Positions 1 through 12,697 of a DNA stretch of 64,000 nt are shown piece after piece. A program made the position numbers and the translations under genes. The DNA comes from an uncultured Clostridia bacterium (GTDB lineage: Bacteria; Bacillota; Clostridia; Christensenellales; Aristaeellaceae), in contig CANQKI010000002.1 in the NCBI GenBank assembly GCA_947624355.1, forward strand, positions 6,832-70,831, given 5' to 3'. How positions within the stretch are numbered: position 1 is the stretch's first letter; each line of letters begins with the position of its first letter. A model generated the notes under the pieces. The model had not been told where the DNA came from and searched no databases. It saw nothing but the letters and a program-made list of their open reading frames with translations.

Positions 1-1
1 G

Positions 2-1360
2 GATCAGGAGGGCGGCATGGTCACGCGCATTTTCCACGCGGGCAACGTGATCCCGGGCAATATGCTCATCGGCGCCACCTTTGACGAGCATAACGCCTAT
101 CTGGTGGGCCGGATAACGGCCCAGGAAATGCGCGCGCTGGGCATGAATATGAACCTTGCCCCCTGCACCGAGGCCCCCATTTACCGCCGGGCCAGGGGCG
201 TGGCGCCCCGTGCCTATTCGGACAACCCCTACATGATCGCCGCATTCGATAAAGAATTTATCCGCGGTATGCAGGAAAACGGCGTAATCGGCACGGCCAA
301 ACACTTCCCCGGTTATACCGGCTGCAACGAGGACGGGCATCTGACGCTGACCACCAACACCCACGATCTGAATACCCTGCAAAAAATCGAGCTGAACACA
401 TTCCGCATGGTGCTGGCCGGCGGCCCGGACGGCGTGATGGCCGCCCACATGTTCTGCCCCGCGCTGGTGCCCGAACGCCGGCTCACTTCGGCCTCCCGGG
501 ATGTGATTACCGGCATTCTGAAAAATCAGATGGGGTACAAGGGCATCATCATCACCGATTGCCTGGACATGCATTCCGTGCTGGATATTTACGGCGCGGG
601 CCGGGGCGCGGTGGAATTCATCAAGGCCGGCGTGCATCTGCTGGATATTTCCCATACCCTGAAATCCCAATCCGAGGCGTGCAACTGCCTGAAGGAGGCC
701 GTGCTCTCGGGCGAGATCCCCATGGAGCAGCTGGATCAGACGGTGTATGAGATTCTGGCCATGAAGCAGAAGTACGGACTGTTTGAAGCCGAAAAGCCCA
801 TCGACGAGCGGCTGGCCGCCGTGGATTGGGAAGGCAACCGCCGCACCCTGGAGGAAATCGCCGAAAAAGGCGTTACGGTGGTGCGCGGGGAAGAAATGCT
901 GCCCCTCAAAAAAGGAAACGGCCTCTTTATCTCCACCCTGCCCATGACGCTGGTCATCGTGGATGAAAAGATCGACGCAGGGAACACCTTCGCCCGGGCC
1001 GCCGCTCAATATTTTGACGGCACGGCAAGGGAAATTTCCCTGTCTCCCACGGATGAGGAGATTGCCGCCCTGGCCGAGGAAGCGAAAACCAAGGATTACG
1101 TGGTGATCGGCACCTACAACAGCTGCGGCGAGCCGGGCCAGGTGAAGCTGCAGCAGGAATTGGTGAAGGCCAATCCCAACGTCATCAGCATTGCCCTGCG
1201 GTCGCCCTTTGATATCGATTACGCCCAGGAGGTACCGGGCTATATCCTGGGGTATGAATACACCCGCAATTCCATTCACGCCCTGCTTCGCATCCTGAAC
1301 GGCGAAATCAAGGCTACCGGCCGCGCGCCGCTGGCCATTTATCCCCGCAAGCTGGATTAA
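2..1360 (+). CDS. Glycoside hydrolase family 3 protein, beta-N-acetylhexosaminidase (NagZ)-like; 5' end cut by window edge
   Basis: The frame is open from nt 2 and encodes DQEGG (GH3 signature) before the first ATG at 17. KHFPGYTG and IITDCLDM motifs are present. Stop TAA at 1358-1360. Confidence 0.85.
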   Translation, partial: DQEGGMVTRIFHAGNVIPGNMLIGATFDEHNAYLVGRITAQEMRALGMNMNLAPCTEAPIYRRARGVAPRAYSDNPYMIAAFDKEFIRGMQENGVIGTAKHFPGYTGCNEDGHLTLTTNTHDLNTLQKIELNTFRMVLAGGPDGVMAAHMFCPALVPERRLTSASRDVITGILKNQMGYKGIIITDCLDMHSVLDIYGAGRGAVEFIKAGVHLLDISHTLKSQSEACNCLKEAVLSGEIPMEQLDQTVYEILAMKQKYGLFEAEKPIDERLAAVDWEGNRRTLEEIAEKGVTVVRGEEMLPLKKGNGLFISTLPMTLVIVDEKIDAGNTFARAAAQYFDGTAREISLSPTDEEIAALAEEAKTKDYVVIGTYNSCGEPGQVKLQQELVKANPNVISIALRSPFDIDYAQEVPGYILGYEYTRNSIHALLRILNGEIKATGRAPLAIYPRKLD

Positions 1361-1369
1361 AGGCAGCCG

Positions 1370-1413
1370 GGTCTGCGGCGCCGGGCGCTTCCGCGCCGCA
1401 GACCTTTATTTTA
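1370..1413 (+). terminator. Rho-independent terminator after GH3 gene
   Basis: 11-bp stem GGTCTGCGGCG (1370-1380) / CGCCGCAGACC (1394-1404) followed by TTTATTTTA. Confidence 0.7.
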
Positions 1414-1420
1414 TCTGAAA

Positions 1421-2830
1421 TTGACGGATGGGTCGGATTCGATGGACACGGAAAAATCAAGAGAAATCTTTGAAAAAATGCCGGTCGCAAAGGCCGTGCA
1501 GAAAATGGCGATTCCCACCGTGATGGGCCAGATCATCATTCTGATCTACAACATCGCCGACACCTTTTTCATCGGGCGAACCCAAAACCCGCTGATGGTG
1601 GCGGGCACTACCCTGATTCTGCCCATCTTCAATCTGTCGCTGGCCTTCGCCGGATTGACGGGGGTGGGCGGCGGCGCTTTAATCTCCCGCCTGCTGGGCG
1701 AGGGGAAGGATACGGAAGCCCGCCGTGTTTCCAGCTTCAGCATCTGGCTTTCGGTGGGCATCGCCCTGCTCTTTTCCCTGGGAACGGCCCTTTTCATGGA
1801 GCCGCTGCTGCGCCTGCTGGGCGCAGGGCCGGACACCCATGATTACGCCCGGGCGTACGCCATTTGCGTGATTGTGTTCGGCGCCGTTCCCACCGTGCTG
1901 GTCAATGTGCTTTCCAGCCTGCTCAGAAGCGTGGGCGAATCGCGCAAGGCGGGCTTTGGCGTAACCATGGGCGGCGTTATCAATATGGCGCTCGATCCGC
2001 TGTTCATGTTCGTGCTTTTTCCCCGTGGCATGGAAGTGGTGGGGGCCGGGGTGGCCACCTGCCTGTCAAACTGCATTTCCTGCGGCTATCTGGTGCTGGT
2101 GATTCATCGCCTGGGGCCGCAATCGGTGCTGAAGCTCCTCTCTCCCCGGCGTTTGCCCGGGAAAGAGAGCGTGCGCTCGGTCTTTTCCGTGGGCGTGCCC
2201 TCCTCCATCGCCACGCTGCTGTTTGACTTGGATTATATGGTGATCAATCGGCTTATGACAGGCTACAGCGATATTGCCCTGGCGGCCATCGGCATCGTGC
2301 TCAAGGCGGAGCGGCTGCCCCTCAACGTGGGGGTAGGCATTTGCCAGGGCATGACCCCCCTCGTGGCCTATAACTACGCGAACGGCAACCACCGGCGCAT
2401 GAAGCACATTATCCGCTATTCCCTGGGGCTGGGGCTGATCTGCGCGGCGGTAAGCATTACCCTGTATGAAATTTTCTCGCCGGCCATTATGCGCTTCTTT
2501 ATCCCGGACGAGGAGACCGTGGCCCTTGGCACCCACTTCCTCAGGGCGCGTTCCCTGGCCACTATTCTGATGTTCTCCAGCTTTTTCTTCGTGCACCTGT
2601 TCAATGGGTATGGCCGCGGAAAGGAAGCTCTGTTCCTGGGCGTGATGCGGTGGATGGCCTTCAATATCCCCATGCTGTTCATCATGAACGCCATTTTCGG
2701 CATGTACGGCATCGTGTGGGCGCAGTTCGCGGCGGATATCCTGACGGTGACGCTCTCTGTATGCGTGTACAGGCGGTTTGAACGCAGGCTGTCTAATCCG
2801 CAAAGCCCGACGGAAACGATCCAGAATTGA
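1421..2830 (+). CDS. MATE family efflux transporter
   Basis: 469-aa polytopic ORF with the N-terminal MAIPTVMGQIIILIYNIADTFFIGR motif typical of MATE/NorM proteins. Start is uncertain (TTG 1421 or ATG 1442). Confidence 0.8.
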   Translation: MTDGSDSMDTEKSREIFEKMPVAKAVQKMAIPTVMGQIIILIYNIADTFFIGRTQNPLMVAGTTLILPIFNLSLAFAGLTGVGGGALISRLLGEGKDTEARRVSSFSIWLSVGIALLFSLGTALFMEPLLRLLGAGPDTHDYARAYAICVIVFGAVPTVLVNVLSSLLRSVGESRKAGFGVTMGGVINMALDPLFMFVLFPRGMEVVGAGVATCLSNCISCGYLVLVIHRLGPQSVLKLLSPRRLPGKESVRSVFSVGVPSSIATLLFDLDYMVINRLMTGYSDIALAAIGIVLKAERLPLNVGVGICQGMTPLVAYNYANGNHRRMKHIIRYSLGLGLICAAVSITLYEIFSPAIMRFFIPDEETVALGTHFLRARSLATILMFSSFFFVHLFNGYGRGKEALFLGVMRWMAFNIPMLFIMNAIFGMYGIVWAQFAADILTVTLSVCVYRRFERRLSNPQSPTETIQN

Positions 2831-2836
2831 GAAAGG

Positions 2837-3958
2837 ATGAAACCAATGCTGCTTGTCAATGGAAAACTGTTTATCGACGGAGCCTTTTATCCCTATGCGA
2901 TCAGGATAGAAAACGGGCAGATTGCCGAAGTGGGGCAGGGTCTGCAGGGGGAAGACACGGTTGATTTGGCGGGCCGCATGGTGTTTCCCGGGTTCATCGA
3001 TACCCACATTCACGGCTTCTGCGGCCATTACTGCGGGGAGTCCCCCGAAAGCATGCGGGAAATCTGCGCCGCGCTGCCCCGCCACGGCGTGACCGCTTTC
3101 ATGCCGACGCCCCTGGCGGACGGCTCCGAAAAGGCGCTGAAGAGAATCGCCAACATCCGCGGGGCCATCGGCTGCCCCGGGGCCGAAATCCTGGGCATGT
3201 TTCTCTACTCGCCCTATAAAAACCGTTCCATTTCCTATTATGCGCCGCCCGCCAGGGTTTCCCGGGAGGGTACGCTGCAGCTTGCGGGAGGCTCCCTGGA
3301 TCATGTGCGCGCCATTTTGGTGGCCCCTGAACTGGACCCGGATCGGGAATGGATTTCCTGGGTGGCCGGTCAGGGCATTCTGCCCGTCATCGGCTTCAGC
3401 GAAGGGCAGCCGGAGGATATTGCCGACGCGGTGGCCAAGGGGGCGCGCCTGACCGATCATTTCCCCAACGGCTTTCCGCCTATTGATCACCACGCCTGCC
3501 AGGCGGTGGTGCAATGCCTGATGGAAAACGACCTGTATATGCAGCTGACGCCGGACTGTATTCACGTATCTTCCAATTTCATTCGCCTGATGCTGCGCCT
3601 GAAAGGCGAGGATCATATCCTGGCCGTGTCGGACAGCTCCCCGCTTCTGGGCTATCCCGAAGGCGAGTATGATATGGACGGGAAAAAGGTCATTAAAAAG
3701 GATGGCGCCATTCGGGATGTGAACGGCAAATTGGTCACAGGTGCGCATTTCTATGATGAAGATATGCGGATCATGCTGCAAAACGGATTTTCCGTCAACA
3801 CCATCGGCCGCCTGTTTTCCGAAAACGCCGCAAAAGCCTTCGGCCTGAAGGATCGCGGATTGCTGACGCCAGGCCGGCGGGCCGACCTGGTGGTTATGAA
3901 CGACGCCCTTGAAGTGCAGCAAACCATGATCGGCGGCAAATGGGTTTACACCGCCTGA
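2837..3958 (+). CDS. nagA: N-acetylglucosamine-6-phosphate deacetylase-like amidohydrolase
   Basis: 373 aa with the FPGFIDTHIHG metal-binding motif. It lies between a GH3 hexosaminidase and a ROK kinase. Confidence 0.75.
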   Translation: MKPMLLVNGKLFIDGAFYPYAIRIENGQIAEVGQGLQGEDTVDLAGRMVFPGFIDTHIHGFCGHYCGESPESMREICAALPRHGVTAFMPTPLADGSEKALKRIANIRGAIGCPGAEILGMFLYSPYKNRSISYYAPPARVSREGTLQLAGGSLDHVRAILVAPELDPDREWISWVAGQGILPVIGFSEGQPEDIADAVAKGARLTDHFPNGFPPIDHHACQAVVQCLMENDLYMQLTPDCIHVSSNFIRLMLRLKGEDHILAVSDSSPLLGYPEGEYDMDGKKVIKKDGAIRDVNGKLVTGAHFYDEDMRIMLQNGFSVNTIGRLFSENAAKAFGLKDRGLLTPGRRADLVVMNDALEVQQTMIGGKWVYTA

Positions 3959-3976
3959 TCGGGAAGGAAGCGGAAT

Positions 3977-4912
3977 ATGCGGCAATATCTGATCGGGGTT
4001 GATATCGGCGGCACCACGATTAAATTCGGCGTCTTTGACGGGGCGCTGTCCCTGCTGGAAAAATGGCGCATCCCCACGCGGACGGAGGACGGGGGCCGGT
4101 TCGTTCTGCCGGATGTCGCCCGGGAAATTGACGAAAAGCTGCGACAGCTTGATATCGCCCCCAAACAGGTGCTCGGCGTCGGGGTAGGCGTGCCCGGCCC
4201 GGTAACCGAAATGCGCTATACCTGCGGGGCCGTGAACCTGAACTGGCGTTTCACGGATGCGGGCGGCATACTGGCCGGGCTGCTCAAAGGCATGCCCGTC
4301 TATATCGGGAACGACGCCAATCTGGCCGCCCTGGCCGAGGCCGTTCAGGGCGCGGGGCGCGGGTATCGCTGCATCAATATGATCACGCTGGGCACGGGCC
4401 TGGGCGGCGGTATTGTACGGGATGGGAAAATATGGGAAGGCCGCCATGGCTTTGGGGGCGAATACGGCCAGGCCCTGGTCAGCGGCCTTGGCATGGAGGA
4501 CGACGGAGCGGAAATGCGGTTTGAGGATTACATTTCGGCCCACGGTCTCGAAAGAATCGTAAAAAAACTGCGACGGGAGGGCGTGGAAAGCACCCTGCCG
4601 CCGGATGCGCCCCTGTCGGCCCAGATGATTTTCGAGGCGGCCGGCCGCCGGGATGCCGCGGCCATGGAGGCCGTGGCCGTGCTGGCCCGCAATCTTGGCA
4701 GGCTTTTGTCCATCGTCAGCTACACCCTGGACCCGGACGTTTTCATTCTGGGCGGCGGCATCGCCAGGGCGGGGGAGGAATTGATCGACGCCGTACGCCG
4801 CTCTTATTGCTTCGCCCGCCGTGCGCCGGAGCAGCAGCCCGCCTTTTTGCTGGCCGAATTGGGCAACGACGCGGGCATTTACGGGGCGGCGCAGCTTGCC
4901 CGGAACCCGTAA
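3977..4912 (+). CDS. ROK family sugar kinase (glucokinase / GlcNAc kinase-like)
   Basis: N-terminal GVDIGGTTIKFGVFD ATP-binding motif, 311 aa, GGAAGGA RBS upstream. Confidence 0.8.
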   Translation: MRQYLIGVDIGGTTIKFGVFDGALSLLEKWRIPTRTEDGGRFVLPDVAREIDEKLRQLDIAPKQVLGVGVGVPGPVTEMRYTCGAVNLNWRFTDAGGILAGLLKGMPVYIGNDANLAALAEAVQGAGRGYRCINMITLGTGLGGGIVRDGKIWEGRHGFGGEYGQALVSGLGMEDDGAEMRFEDYISAHGLERIVKKLRREGVESTLPPDAPLSAQMIFEAAGRRDAAAMEAVAVLARNLGRLLSIVSYTLDPDVFILGGGIARAGEELIDAVRRSYCFARRAPEQQPAFLLAELGNDAGIYGAAQLARNP

Positions 4913-4938
4913 CGCTTCGGAATAATTTGCAAATTGAA

Positions 4939-4975
4939 GGGTGTCGAAAACTTGCTTTCGACACCCGTTTTTTTA
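4939..4975. terminator. Bidirectional hairpin terminator between convergent ROK and ABC genes
   Basis: GGGTGTCGAAA (4939-4949) / TTTCGACACCC (4956-4966) followed by GTTTTTTT. The palindrome core recurs at 16147-16189. Confidence 0.7.
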
Positions 4976-6736
4976 TGCGCTTTCCCTGGTATACAGGCCG
5001 TACAGGGTGCTGTACAGGCCGCCCTTTTTCATCAGCTCGTCGTGGGTGCCCGTTTCCTCCACGCCCTTGCTGGTGAGCACCCAGATCACATCGGCGTTGC
5101 GGATAGTGGTGAGTCGGTGGGCGATGGTGAAGGTGGTGCGGCCCTTGGCCAGTTCCTCCAGGGATTTCTGCACCAGCAGCTCGGATTCGTTGTCCAGGGA
5201 GCTGGTGGCCTCGTCCAGAATGAGGATAGGCGGGTTTTTCAGGAACACCCGGGCGATGGACAGCCGCTGCTTCTGGCCGCCGGAGAGCTTTACGCCCCGC
5301 TCGCCGATGTAGGTGTCGTAGCCGTTTGGCAGCTGCATGATGAATTCATGGGCCCCCGCCCGTTTGGCGGCCAGCACGATTTCTGCCTCCGTGGCCCCGG
5401 GCTTGCCGTAGGAAATGTTGTCCCGCACGGTGCCGGAAAAGAGGTACACTTCTTGCTGCACCATGCCGATGGCGTTGCGCAGGGATTTGAGGGTGATGCC
5501 CTGAATGTCCTTGCCGTCGATGGTGATGCGGCCCTGGGTCACGTCGTAAAACCGGGGGATCAGGTTGCACAGCGTGGTTTTGCCCGATCCGCTGGGGCCC
5601 ACCACGGCCACGTTCTGCCCGGGCTTGACGGCCATGTTCAGGTGGGAGAGCACCTCGTGCCCCTCGTCGTCCGAATAATGGAAACCCACGTCCTCAAAGG
5701 AGACCGCGCCTTTCACTTCGCCGATGTCCTTGGCGCCCGGATTATCCTTGATTTCCACCGGCGCGTCCATAATCTCGCAGAAGCGCTCGATGCCCGTCAT
5801 GCCCTGCTGGAACTGCTCGGTGAAGTCCACAATGCGGCGGATGGAGGTGAGCAGGGTGGAGATGTAGAGCAGGTATGCCGTATAGTCGCCCACGCTGATT
5901 TTGCCCGCCGCCAGGAACAGCGCCCCGGCCACCACCACCACGATGTACATGAGCCCGTCAAAGAGCCGGGTCACCGTGTTGAACCCCGCCATGTAGCGGT
6001 AGCGCTTTTTCTTGAGGTCGTAGAAGGTGCGGTTGCCGTCGCCGAATTTCTGCTGCTCGATATCCTCGTTGGCGAAGGATTTCACCACCCGCACGCCCAG
6101 CAGGCTGTCCTCCACCTGGGCGTTGATTTCGCCGATCTGGTGGCGGCAGTCCTTGAAGGCGTCCCGCATTTTCTGGCTGAAATACCGGGTGCCAAGAAGC
6201 ATAAAGGGCAGCAGCACAAAGATCATCAGCGTCAGCCACACGTTCATGCCGCACAGAATCACGAAGGACACCGCAATCTTGATGACGGCGATGAGCACTT
6301 CCTCCGGGCAGTGATGGGAAAATTCCGTGATGTCAAACAGGTCGGAGGTGATGCGGGCCATGATCTGGCCGATTTTCGTGTTGTTGTAATAGGAAAAGGA
6401 AAGCTGCTGAAGGTGGGAAAACAGATCGGTGCGCATATCCGTTTCCAGCTTGGCCCCGGTGGCGTGGCCCAGGTACTGCATATAATAATTGGCCGCCGCG
6501 TCGATGGCCCGCAGCAGCAGGTACAACCCGCCCAGCTTCAGCACCCACGCGGTGGTAATGGCGGTGTAATCCGCCACGGCCTGGTTGGTGATGGCCCGGA
6601 CGATCATGGGGAACACCACTTCGCACAGGGTGGTGAGCATGGCGCAGAAGAGGTCGACGGCCATTTCCAGCTTGTATTTTTTGTAGTAGGGCAGGAAACG
6701 CCGCATGAGCACGGAGGCCTTCATGGCTTTGGACAT
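4973..6736 (-). CDS. ABC transporter, fused permease/ATP-binding protein (exporter type)
   Basis: 587 aa with an N-terminal multi-TM domain, then Walker A GPSGSGKTT, signature LSGGQKQR and Walker B ILILDEATS. Confidence 0.85.
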   Translation of the reverse strand: MSKAMKASVLMRRFLPYYKKYKLEMAVDLFCAMLTTLCEVVFPMIVRAITNQAVADYTAITTAWVLKLGGLYLLLRAIDAAANYYMQYLGHATGAKLETDMRTDLFSHLQQLSFSYYNNTKIGQIMARITSDLFDITEFSHHCPEEVLIAVIKIAVSFVILCGMNVWLTLMIFVLLPFMLLGTRYFSQKMRDAFKDCRHQIGEINAQVEDSLLGVRVVKSFANEDIEQQKFGDGNRTFYDLKKKRYRYMAGFNTVTRLFDGLMYIVVVVAGALFLAAGKISVGDYTAYLLYISTLLTSIRRIVDFTEQFQQGMTGIERFCEIMDAPVEIKDNPGAKDIGEVKGAVSFEDVGFHYSDDEGHEVLSHLNMAVKPGQNVAVVGPSGSGKTTLCNLIPRFYDVTQGRITIDGKDIQGITLKSLRNAIGMVQQEVYLFSGTVRDNISYGKPGATEAEIVLAAKRAGAHEFIMQLPNGYDTYIGERGVKLSGGQKQRLSIARVFLKNPPILILDEATSSLDNESELLVQKSLEELAKGRTTFTIAHRLTTIRNADVIWVLTSKGVEETGTHDELMKKGGLYSTLYGLYTRESA

Positions 6737-6742
6737 AGGGAA

Positions 6743-7819
6743 TCACTCCTTTCCGGGGATGGATGACAGCATCAGGGATGGACGCGCGTTGAGGGTGAGA
6801 TCGGCAATTTCCCCCCGCAGCAGGCGGTAATAGGCGGCGGAGCCGATCATGGCGGCATTGTCGCCGCAGAGGGACAATTCGGGCATATAAAAGGCGATGC
6901 CGCGCTTGCGGCAGGCGCTTTCCATTTCCCGGCGCAGCAGCCGGTTGGCCGATACGCCCCCGGCCAGGGCCATTTTTTGGATGCCCAGCTCCTCGGCGGC
7001 CAGCATGGCCCTATCCACCAGGAAGGAAACCACCGCCTGCCGGAAGGAAGCGCACAGATCGGCGACGGGGAGGGTTTCCCCCTTTTGCCGCAGAGTATGC
7101 ACCGCGTTGATGAATGCCGTTTTGAGGCCAGAGAAGGAATAATCATAGCGCCCCTGGGTTTTGGGCCGGGGGAGCTTCAGGGCGTTCGGGTCGCCTTCCT
7201 CGGCCAGCTTGTCCAGCAGCGGCCCGCCGGGATAGGGGATATCCAGCACCCGGGCGGCCTTGTCGAAGGCTTCCCCGGCGGCGTCGTCCTGGGTCTGGCC
7301 CAGGACCCGGTATTCCCCGTACCCGTCCACGGAAAACAGGTGGCTGTGGCCGCCGCTCACCACCAGGCACGCAAAGGGCGGCGTCAGGTCGGGATGGGAA
7401 AGGAAATCGGCGGCGATGTGGCCTTCGATGTGGTGCACGGGGATCAGGGGCTTGCCCGTTCCGTAGGCCAGGGCCTTGGCGCAGGAAACCCCCGTCAGCA
7501 GCGCGCCCACCAGCCCGGGGCCGTACGTGACCGCCAGGGCGTCCACGTCCTGCAGGGCCATGCCAGCCTGGCGCAGGGCCTCATCCACCATCCGGTCCAC
7601 CTTTTCCACATGGGCGCGGCTGGCGATTTCGGGCACCACGCCGCCGTACAGGGCGTGCAGGTCGATCTGGGAAAAGACGGCGTTGGACAGGATCTTCCGC
7701 CCGTTTTCCACCACGGCCGCCGCCGTTTCGTCGCAGCTGGATTCGATGGCCAGAATGCGGACGCATTCCTTTTCCCGCAGGGCCGCCGCCTGCTTTTGCG
7801 CGTTTTCAAAATAGCTCAT
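6743..7819 (-). CDS. tsaD: tRNA N6-adenosine threonylcarbamoyltransferase
   Basis: ILAIESSCDETAAAVV and VHHIEGH motifs. ATG at 7819 overlaps the stop of the upstream gene (ATGA). The track ORF extending to 7996 adds only a Pro/Arg/Gly-rich non-homologous extension. Confidence 0.9.
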   Translation of the reverse strand: MSYFENAQKQAAALREKECVRILAIESSCDETAAAVVENGRKILSNAVFSQIDLHALYGGVVPEIASRAHVEKVDRMVDEALRQAGMALQDVDALAVTYGPGLVGALLTGVSCAKALAYGTGKPLIPVHHIEGHIAADFLSHPDLTPPFACLVVSGGHSHLFSVDGYGEYRVLGQTQDDAAGEAFDKAARVLDIPYPGGPLLDKLAEEGDPNALKLPRPKTQGRYDYSFSGLKTAFINAVHTLRQKGETLPVADLCASFRQAVVSFLVDRAMLAAEELGIQKMALAGGVSANRLLRREMESACRKRGIAFYMPELSLCGDNAAMIGSAAYYRLLRGEIADLTLNARPSLMLSSIPGKE

Positions 7820-8532
7820 TTTGCGTTTTCCTCGTTGGTGCGTTCCTTCCGGCCCAGGCGGAACCAGGCGACGGGCAGGCAGATCATGATGCCGATGAGG
7901 GGCAGCAGGCTCTTGAGCAGCTCCCCCGCGTACCAGGTAAAGAAGGGGAGGGGCATGAGGGCCACCAGCAGATCGGTGTTGGGGTCCAGAATCCACAGGT
8001 TGTTGGAAAAGGCGGCCAGGTGGAAGGTGACGAACAGGCCCTCAAAATTGACGGCCCCCCAAATGCCGAGGATTACGCCAATCAGCATCCAGAACAAAGA
8101 CGCCATGGCAAAGCCCCGGAACAGTCCGTTCATCAGGCCTTTTACGCGGCGGTATTTCGTCAGCGCGTACGCGGCGGCGATACCAAGCAGCGCCGCGCCG
8201 CCCCCCGCCCAGCGCACCGTTTTCAGGAAGCGCACGATGCCCCGCACGTCAGAAAGGTGCAGCATTTCCTTTTCGGAAAACATGCTTTCCCCGGTTTCCT
8301 TCCATGTGATAACGTCGCTTTTACCCTCCAGGTAATTGCAGATGCCCTCCGCGCATTCCCCGTACAGGGTGGGGGATACGGAAAGGTGCTTGGTATTGGC
8401 GTACGACAAAAAGCCCTGCTCCATGAGGCGCGGGTTGGTCACCCCGGACGCGGCCACGGAACAAAGCAGGGAAAACAGGGCGATGACGCCTATCAGAAAC
8501 ATAGGCAGGCGGACGGTCAGAAATTTTTTCAC
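7816..8532 (-). CDS. TIGR01906/DUF1461-like integral membrane protein
   Basis: 238 aa with an N-terminal TM and a C-terminal TM cluster. The FHLAAFSNNLWILDPNTDLLVALMPLPFF pattern is typical of the family. Confidence 0.55.
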   Translation of the reverse strand: MKKFLTVRLPMFLIGVIALFSLLCSVAASGVTNPRLMEQGFLSYANTKHLSVSPTLYGECAEGICNYLEGKSDVITWKETGESMFSEKEMLHLSDVRGIVRFLKTVRWAGGGAALLGIAAAYALTKYRRVKGLMNGLFRGFAMASLFWMLIGVILGIWGAVNFEGLFVTFHLAAFSNNLWILDPNTDLLVALMPLPFFTWYAGELLKSLLPLIGIMICLPVAWFRLGRKERTNEENAK

Positions 8533-8586
8533 GGGCGCTCCTTACGGCAAAGGGCGGGGAGGAAAGCCCCTGCCCGCCCGAAGCCT

Positions 8587-9690
8587 TCACTGCATTTTGA
8601 GATACGCGGTGGTGAACCCTTCCAGGTTGCCGTTCATCACATCGTCGATATTGCCCGATTCATAGCCCGTGCGATGGTCCTTCACCATGGTGTAGGGCTG
8701 GAACACGTAGGAGCGGATCTGGCTGCCCCATTCAATCTTTTTCATTTCACCCTTGATGTCGGCCATCTCCTGCTCGCGTTCCCGCTCCTTCAGCTCCAGC
8801 AGCCGGGCCTTGAGCATCTTGATGCATGTGGCGCGGTTCTGCACCTGGTCCCGCTCGGTCTGGCAGGAAACCACGATGCCGGTGGGAAAGTGGGTCATGC
8901 GCACGGCGGAGGAGGTCTTGTTTACGTTCTGGCCGCCCGCGCCGGAGGAATGGTAGGTGTCCACCCGCACGTCCTTCATGTCGATTTCGATTTCCTTGTC
9001 GTCTTCTTCCAGCATGGGGGCCACGTCCAGGGAGGCAAAGGAGGTGTGCCGCCGGGCGTTGGCATCAAAGGGGGAAATACGCACCAGCCGGTGCACGCCC
9101 TTTTCCCCCCGGAGGTAACCGTAGGCGTGATCCCCGGACACCTCGAAGGTGACGGATTTCACCCCGGCCTCGTCCCCGTCCAGCAGGTCCAGCAATTTTA
9201 CCTGGAAGCCCATCTGCTCGCAGTACCGGGTGTACATGCGGTAGAGCATGGAGGTCCAGTCCTGGGCCTCGGTGCCGCCCGCCCCGGCATGGAGGGAAAG
9301 GACGGCGTCGCAGTCGTCATACTTGCCCCGCATGAGCGTTTCCAGGGACAGGGCCTCCGTGGCGGCCTCCAGCCGCTCGATTTCGGCCCCGGTCTCGGCC
9401 ACCATGCTTTCGTCGTTTTCTTCTTCGGCCAATTCCATCATGGTTTCCACGTCGTCACAGGAGGAAAGCAGACTTTGGTAATGCTTGATTTTTCCCTCTA
9501 AGGTGGCGATGCGGCGGTTCACATGGGTGGAACGCTCCAGGTCATCCCAGAAGCCGTCGGCGTTCATTTCCTCCTTCAGCTCGGTGAGCTCCCGCTCCAT
9601 ATCATCCATGTGCAGCCCGCCCTTGATTTCCTCCAGCTGGCGGCGCAGCGCGTCCAGGCGCTGGGCATATTGCTGCAGTTCCACAATCAT
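8587..9690 (-). CDS. prfB: Peptide chain release factor 2
   Basis: SPF tripeptide (RISPFD) and GGQ (SGAGGQNVNK). The 367-aa frame is uninterrupted. AAAGGAG RBS before ATG 9690. Confidence 0.92.
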   Translation of the reverse strand: MIVELQQYAQRLDALRRQLEEIKGGLHMDDMERELTELKEEMNADGFWDDLERSTHVNRRIATLEGKIKHYQSLLSSCDDVETMMELAEEENDESMVAETGAEIERLEAATEALSLETLMRGKYDDCDAVLSLHAGAGGTEAQDWTSMLYRMYTRYCEQMGFQVKLLDLLDGDEAGVKSVTFEVSGDHAYGYLRGEKGVHRLVRISPFDANARRHTSFASLDVAPMLEEDDKEIEIDMKDVRVDTYHSSGAGGQNVNKTSSAVRMTHFPTGIVVSCQTERDQVQNRATCIKMLKARLLELKEREREQEMADIKGEMKKIEWGSQIRSYVFQPYTMVKDHRTGYESGNIDDVMNGNLEGFTTAYLKMQ

Positions 9691-9755
9691 GGTTTCATTA
9701 CTCCTTTTTGATCGGTCGGTCGTCGGTGGGAAACAGGGAAAGAGACGTTTCCCCG

Positions 9756-12470
<2,715 letters not shown>

Positions 12471-12527
12471 GGCGTTCTCCTTTAATGCATGGTCTTTTGA
12501 TATGCAGGGCATATCAAACCATCTTCA

Positions 12528-12557
12528 ATTATACCACATCTGCCGCCCGGATAGCAA
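12528..12557 (-). promoter_or_regulatory. Candidate sigma-A promoter for secA
   Basis: On the minus strand: TTGCTA (12557-12552), 18-nt spacer, extended -10 TGgTATAAT (12536-12528). Confidence 0.45.
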
Positions 12558-12621
12558 GGCATCCATGGCGAAATTCGGAGTGGATGAAAAAAAGTTTTAC
12601 ATAATTTAAGTTTTCTCATCG

Positions 12622-12650
12622 TGGACGGAAAAGCGGGAGTGTGTTATACT
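12622..12650 (+). promoter_or_regulatory. Candidate sigma-A promoter for the FHA / FtsW / PBP operon
   Basis: TGGACG (12622-12627), 17-nt spacer, TGtTATACT with the -10 at 12645-12650. Confidence 0.4.
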
Positions 12651-12697
12651 GTAAAAAGAGAAGTTTCGGCCCGAAGGCGGGCGAAGGAGGCGAACCC

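Noticed and set aside
2066-4543. 825-aa minus-strand ORF spanning the MATE, nagA and ROK genes
   Set aside because: It is antisense to three genes with clear family motifs. Its translation is dominated by G/A/R/P/H/Q with no recognisable domain, which is the typical shadow frame of GC-rich DNA.
1-4912. GH3, MATE, NagA and ROK cluster as a possible novel pathway
   Set aside because: This is ordinary amino-sugar salvage and utilisation gene content. The interposed MATE gene is common and has its own paralog at 51338-52747.
4934-6766. 610-aa plus-strand ORF opposite the ABC transporter
   Set aside because: The minus frame carries Walker A, signature and Walker B motifs. The plus frame is low-complexity (G/H/V/A-rich) and runs through the terminator hairpin.
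9600-9690. Looked for the programmed +1 frameshift site usually found early in prfB
   Set aside because: The 367-aa frame is continuous (…EEIKGGLHMDDMERE…) with no in-frame stop, so this RF2 belongs to the minority without autoregulatory frameshifting. This is unremarkable.
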